Shown here: positions 23,863 to 26,356 of the stretch, piece by piece | How the letters are laid out: every line of letters starts with the position of its first letter | How positions within the stretch are numbered: the first letter of the stretch is position 1 | Program-made: the position numbers and the translations under genes | Notes under the pieces: model-generated | Database searches by the model: none | Told to the model about the DNA's origin: nothing | Seen by the model: the letters and a program-made list of their open reading frames with translations, nothing else | IMG/VR virus record: IMGVR_UViG_3300037789_000016 | Span: 1 to 26,356 of that record | DNA from: a virus | Taxonomy: Duplodnaviria; Caudoviricetes | Length of the DNA: 26,356 nt | Direction: 5' to 3' (one strand)

Positions 23863-24399
23863 ATGGCAAATACACAAAGAAGTTTAGCGGACGTATTGGC
23901 GTTATTACCTGATAATTCAACGGGTCTTATCTCGCCACAAGACGTTCGTGATTCAGTCGTTTCAATCTTCGCAAATTATGGAACCATCGGAACAACTGGA
24001 GGCGTAACAACGCAAACCACTAATTCTACCCCGAACACCTTTGATAAGGTGACTCTATTCCAATCGGACGGTATCGATAACGGATGCGTATCAGCCAACG
24101 CTGCGCAGAATCAAATTGACGTGAGTGTTGATGGGGTTTATATTGTCTTGTGGGACGTTTCATTCGAAGGCAATAGTAATACCATTTATTATGGCGATAT
24201 CGAGTTAAACGATGCTGTTGTTCAATTCGGAAAGTGGAAAGCTAAGGTAGGTTCAGGAGGCGATCCCGTTCACGCAGGATGCAGCGCATTGGTAAGTGCA
24301 GAGGCAGGTGATAGAATCAGCGCATCAATCGCTTGTGAAGATGCGAGTGCTGACTTTACTCCAGACGAAATGACCTTAACCGTTATCAAAATCGGTTGA
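23863..24399 (+). CDS. putative virion appendage protein with C1q/BclA-like C-terminal domain
   Basis: N-terminal LPDNSTGLISPQDVRD, Thr/Gly linker, I.V.VDGVY.V...VSF ... AGD.I ... LTVIKIG. Confidence 0.6.
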   Translation: MANTQRSLADVLALLPDNSTGLISPQDVRDSVVSIFANYGTIGTTGGVTTQTTNSTPNTFDKVTLFQSDGIDNGCVSANAAQNQIDVSVDGVYIVLWDVSFEGNSNTIYYGDIELNDAVVQFGKWKAKVGSGGDPVHAGCSALVSAEAGDRISASIACEDASADFTPDEMTLTVIKIG

Positions 24400-24466
24400 T
24401 TTTCAGTAAAAGTAACAATACAAGCAGATTATCGAATTATTTTTAACCGAATAAAATTAAACACAA

Positions 24467-24874
24467 ATGGCAACAATTAAAGGAGATTTAGTCCTTGTCG
24501 AAGCAGGAGGAAACACATACACCTTCCAAACCGATGCAAGTGCAGACCTATCGGCTGACATGATCGACAAGACGACAAAGGACAGTAACGCATACAAGGA
24601 GTTCACTCGTGGCGAACGTACCGGAACGCTAACCGTGAACGGACTGTACGACAACTCAACTGGGAACGGAACGACCGATTCGGCACTTCAAGACCTTATC
24701 GATGGAACTGAAATCGCTATCAAATGGGGTCAGTTCAGCCAAGTTGGTGAGCAGTATTTGTCATGCACGGCACTTATCAGTTCGGTGAACGTAACTGGAC
24801 CGAAGAATGAGATGGCAAGTTATACACTCAACTTGCAGTTAACTGGTTCGTTTGACTTTGAAGTCGTAACATAA
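24467..24874 (+). CDS. major tail tube protein
   Basis: IKGD.V, D.TTKDS..YKEF..G, A.ISS....GP.NE.ASY.L.LQ.TG. Confidence 0.88.
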   Translation: MATIKGDLVLVEAGGNTYTFQTDASADLSADMIDKTTKDSNAYKEFTRGERTGTLTVNGLYDNSTGNGTTDSALQDLIDGTEIAIKWGQFSQVGEQYLSCTALISSVNVTGPKNEMASYTLNLQLTGSFDFEVVT

Positions 24875-25263
24875 TGAAAAAAATCCAAGCTAAAGTAAAC
24901 GGTAAGGCGCAAGTGTTCCGTATGGACATGGCTGCGCTTCTTGAGTACGGTCAATTGATTGGGGTGGACGATGTGAATCAGATCCAAATCAAAATGAACT
25001 CGGTACTTCAAGGAATAAGCGGTGAAGGTGGAAAGGTTCTTATCAGTTCAGTTGAAGCGGTAAGCAAGTTGGCATTTGTGGCAGCGCGTACCGGAGCGAT
25101 CTACAACGAGAAGGAACTGGACATCAAAGAGCGCGATATGCTCAATGCGCTATTAAGCGATGAGGGAGGCGATATTGTCATGGCAATAGTAGAGGCAATC
25201 AACCAACTGAACGGAGGCGGAATAGCAAAAAAAAAGAAGGCACAAGCGCAGAAGAAGTCATAA
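24874..25263 (+). CDS. tail assembly chaperone (lambda G-like)
   Basis: Lies between tail tube and tape measure genes; slippery A-run near its 3' end. Confidence 0.75.
   Translation: MKKIQAKVNGKAQVFRMDMAALLEYGQLIGVDDVNQIQIKMNSVLQGISGEGGKVLISSVEAVSKLAFVAARTGAIYNEKELDIKERDMLNALLSDEGGDIVMAIVEAINQLNGGGIAKKKKAQAQKKS
25230..25236 (+). other. -1 programmed ribosomal frameshift site A AAA AAG
   Basis: In-frame X XXY YYZ heptamer; the -1 frame is open from here to 25568. Confidence 0.8.
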
Positions 25264-25568
25264 CAATAGCCGACTTGTATGACTATTGTTGCGGACGAAT
25301 AGGAATGGAGGAAAGTCGGTTTTGGCATTCCTCCTTTTTTTATGTAACTACCCGAATAAACGGATTCGAAAAGGAAAAGGAACGGGAGTGGTTGCATACG
25401 AGAGAAATAATCGCATCGGTTTACAACACGGTGGTTAAGGAGAAGAAGAAAGGGCGCGATTTGATTCCGCTTAGCTTCGACAAGCCAACGGAGCGAATCG
25501 AGTTAAGCGATGAACAGAAAAGAATTATTGCTAAAATAGCACGAGCAAATGGCGGACAAAGTAGGTAG
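25237..25568 (+). CDS. tail assembly chaperone T portion (translated as a G-T fusion)
   Basis: -1 frame reads ..EGTSAEEVITIADLYDYCCGRIGM...FWHSS...W..TR.I. Confidence 0.72.
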
Positions 25569-26356
25569 CATATACGTTGATATTGGGGCGAACGTTAAAG
25601 ACTTTGAGCAGAAGTTAAAGTCCGCAACGACCAAACTGAACGACTTCGGGAAGAAGGCGAACCAAATTGGGCGTGACTTATCTTTGAAAGTTTCAACACC
25701 AATTATTGGGATTGGTACCGCTGCGGTATTGACGGCTGGTAAATTCGAAAAGTTACAAACGTCACTCGAAGTATTAACAGGATCGGCCGAAGCCGGAGCA
25801 AACGCATTCGAGCGACTTCAACAATTCAGCGCATCTACACCGTTTCAACTCGAAGAACTTGTAAAGGCCAATAACACACTACTCGGTTTTGGATTGTCCG
25901 CAGATGAAGCGTATAACAGTCTTCAAAACATTGGTGACATCGCAGCAGTATCGGGCGGAGATTTGCAAAACATATCGGTTGCATTCGGCCAGGTAGCGGC
26001 CGCAGGTCGTTTAATGGGTCAAGACCTACTCCAATTAATCAACAACGGAGTGCCTATTATTCAGATGTTGGCTGATTCGATGGGAGTTGCAGAGAGCGAA
26101 ATTAAAGACCTTGTAAGTGCTGGACAAGTTACATTCCCTGTATTGGTTAAAGCATTTCAGGACGCAACAATGGAGGGCGGTAAGTTTGCTGGAGGTATGG
26201 AGCGTCAGAGCAAGACTATTTTCGGTTTGTTCAGCACACTAAAAGACAACGTTTCGTTGGCACTTGGCGAATTAGGTAAATCCATATCGGAAAATCTTAA
26301 TTTATCCGAATTTGTCCAAACCCTAACCAAACGCATTCAGGACTTAACAAAGTATT
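25549..26356 (+). CDS. tape measure protein, 3' truncated by the window edge
   Basis: MADKVGSIYVDIGANVKDF...LQQFSASTPFQLEEL...GRLMGQDLLQLINNGVPI; open to the window end. Confidence 0.92.
   Translation, partial: MADKVGSIYVDIGANVKDFEQKLKSATTKLNDFGKKANQIGRDLSLKVSTPIIGIGTAAVLTAGKFEKLQTSLEVLTGSAEAGANAFERLQQFSASTPFQLEELVKANNTLLGFGLSADEAYNSLQNIGDIAAVSGGDLQNISVAFGQVAAAGRLMGQDLLQLINNGVPIIQMLADSMGVAESEIKDLVSAGQVTFPVLVKAFQDATMEGGKFAGGMERQSKTIFGLFSTLKDNVSLALGELGKSISENLNLSEFVQTLTKRIQDLTKY

Noticed and set aside
175-25397. Numerous minus-strand and alternate-frame ORFs of 60-160 aa in the track
   Set aside because: They overlap well-supported, translationally coupled plus-strand genes and show no motifs; treated as shadow ORFs.
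1-26356. Stop-codon reassignment, diversity-generating retroelement, introns/inteins, IS elements
   Set aside because: Core genes are intact and of normal length in the standard code; no reverse transcriptase, transposase, intein motifs or long template/variable repeat pair was seen.

Overview
This window is a contiguous 26 kb segment of a lambda/HK97-like long-tailed (siphovirus-type) phage or prophage. Its host is most likely a Bacteroidota (Flavobacteria-like) cell, judged from TTTG-N19-TAnnTTTG promoters and A-rich starts without Shine-Dalgarno sequences. Almost all genes are on the + strand. The order is: end of a tail-fibre gene; lysis region (holin-like protein, M15 endolysin, metallophosphoesterase, lipoprotein, u-spanin-like protein); recombination and replication genes (exonuclease, C5 methyltransferase, replication initiator with internal repeats, DnaB, NinG, NinB-like, SSB); a three-gene sugar-modification cassette; packaging and head genes; neck and tail genes with a -1 frameshifted chaperone; and the start of the tape measure gene. 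No integrase or repressor was recognised. The most striking feature is an apparent phage-encoded glycosylation system. It consists of a truncated LpxA-like acyltransferase, a GT-A glycosyltransferase and a WbpB/WlbA-like nucleotide-sugar dehydrogenase just upstream of the packaging genes, plus a second paralogous glycosyltransferase translationally coupled inside the neck genes. That second copy lies near a head-spike-like and a C1q/BclA-like appendage gene, which suggests the virion itself is glycosylated. Also notable is a candidate kissing-loop RNA leader in front of the replication initiator. All family calls come from motif recognition by eye; no database search was run.
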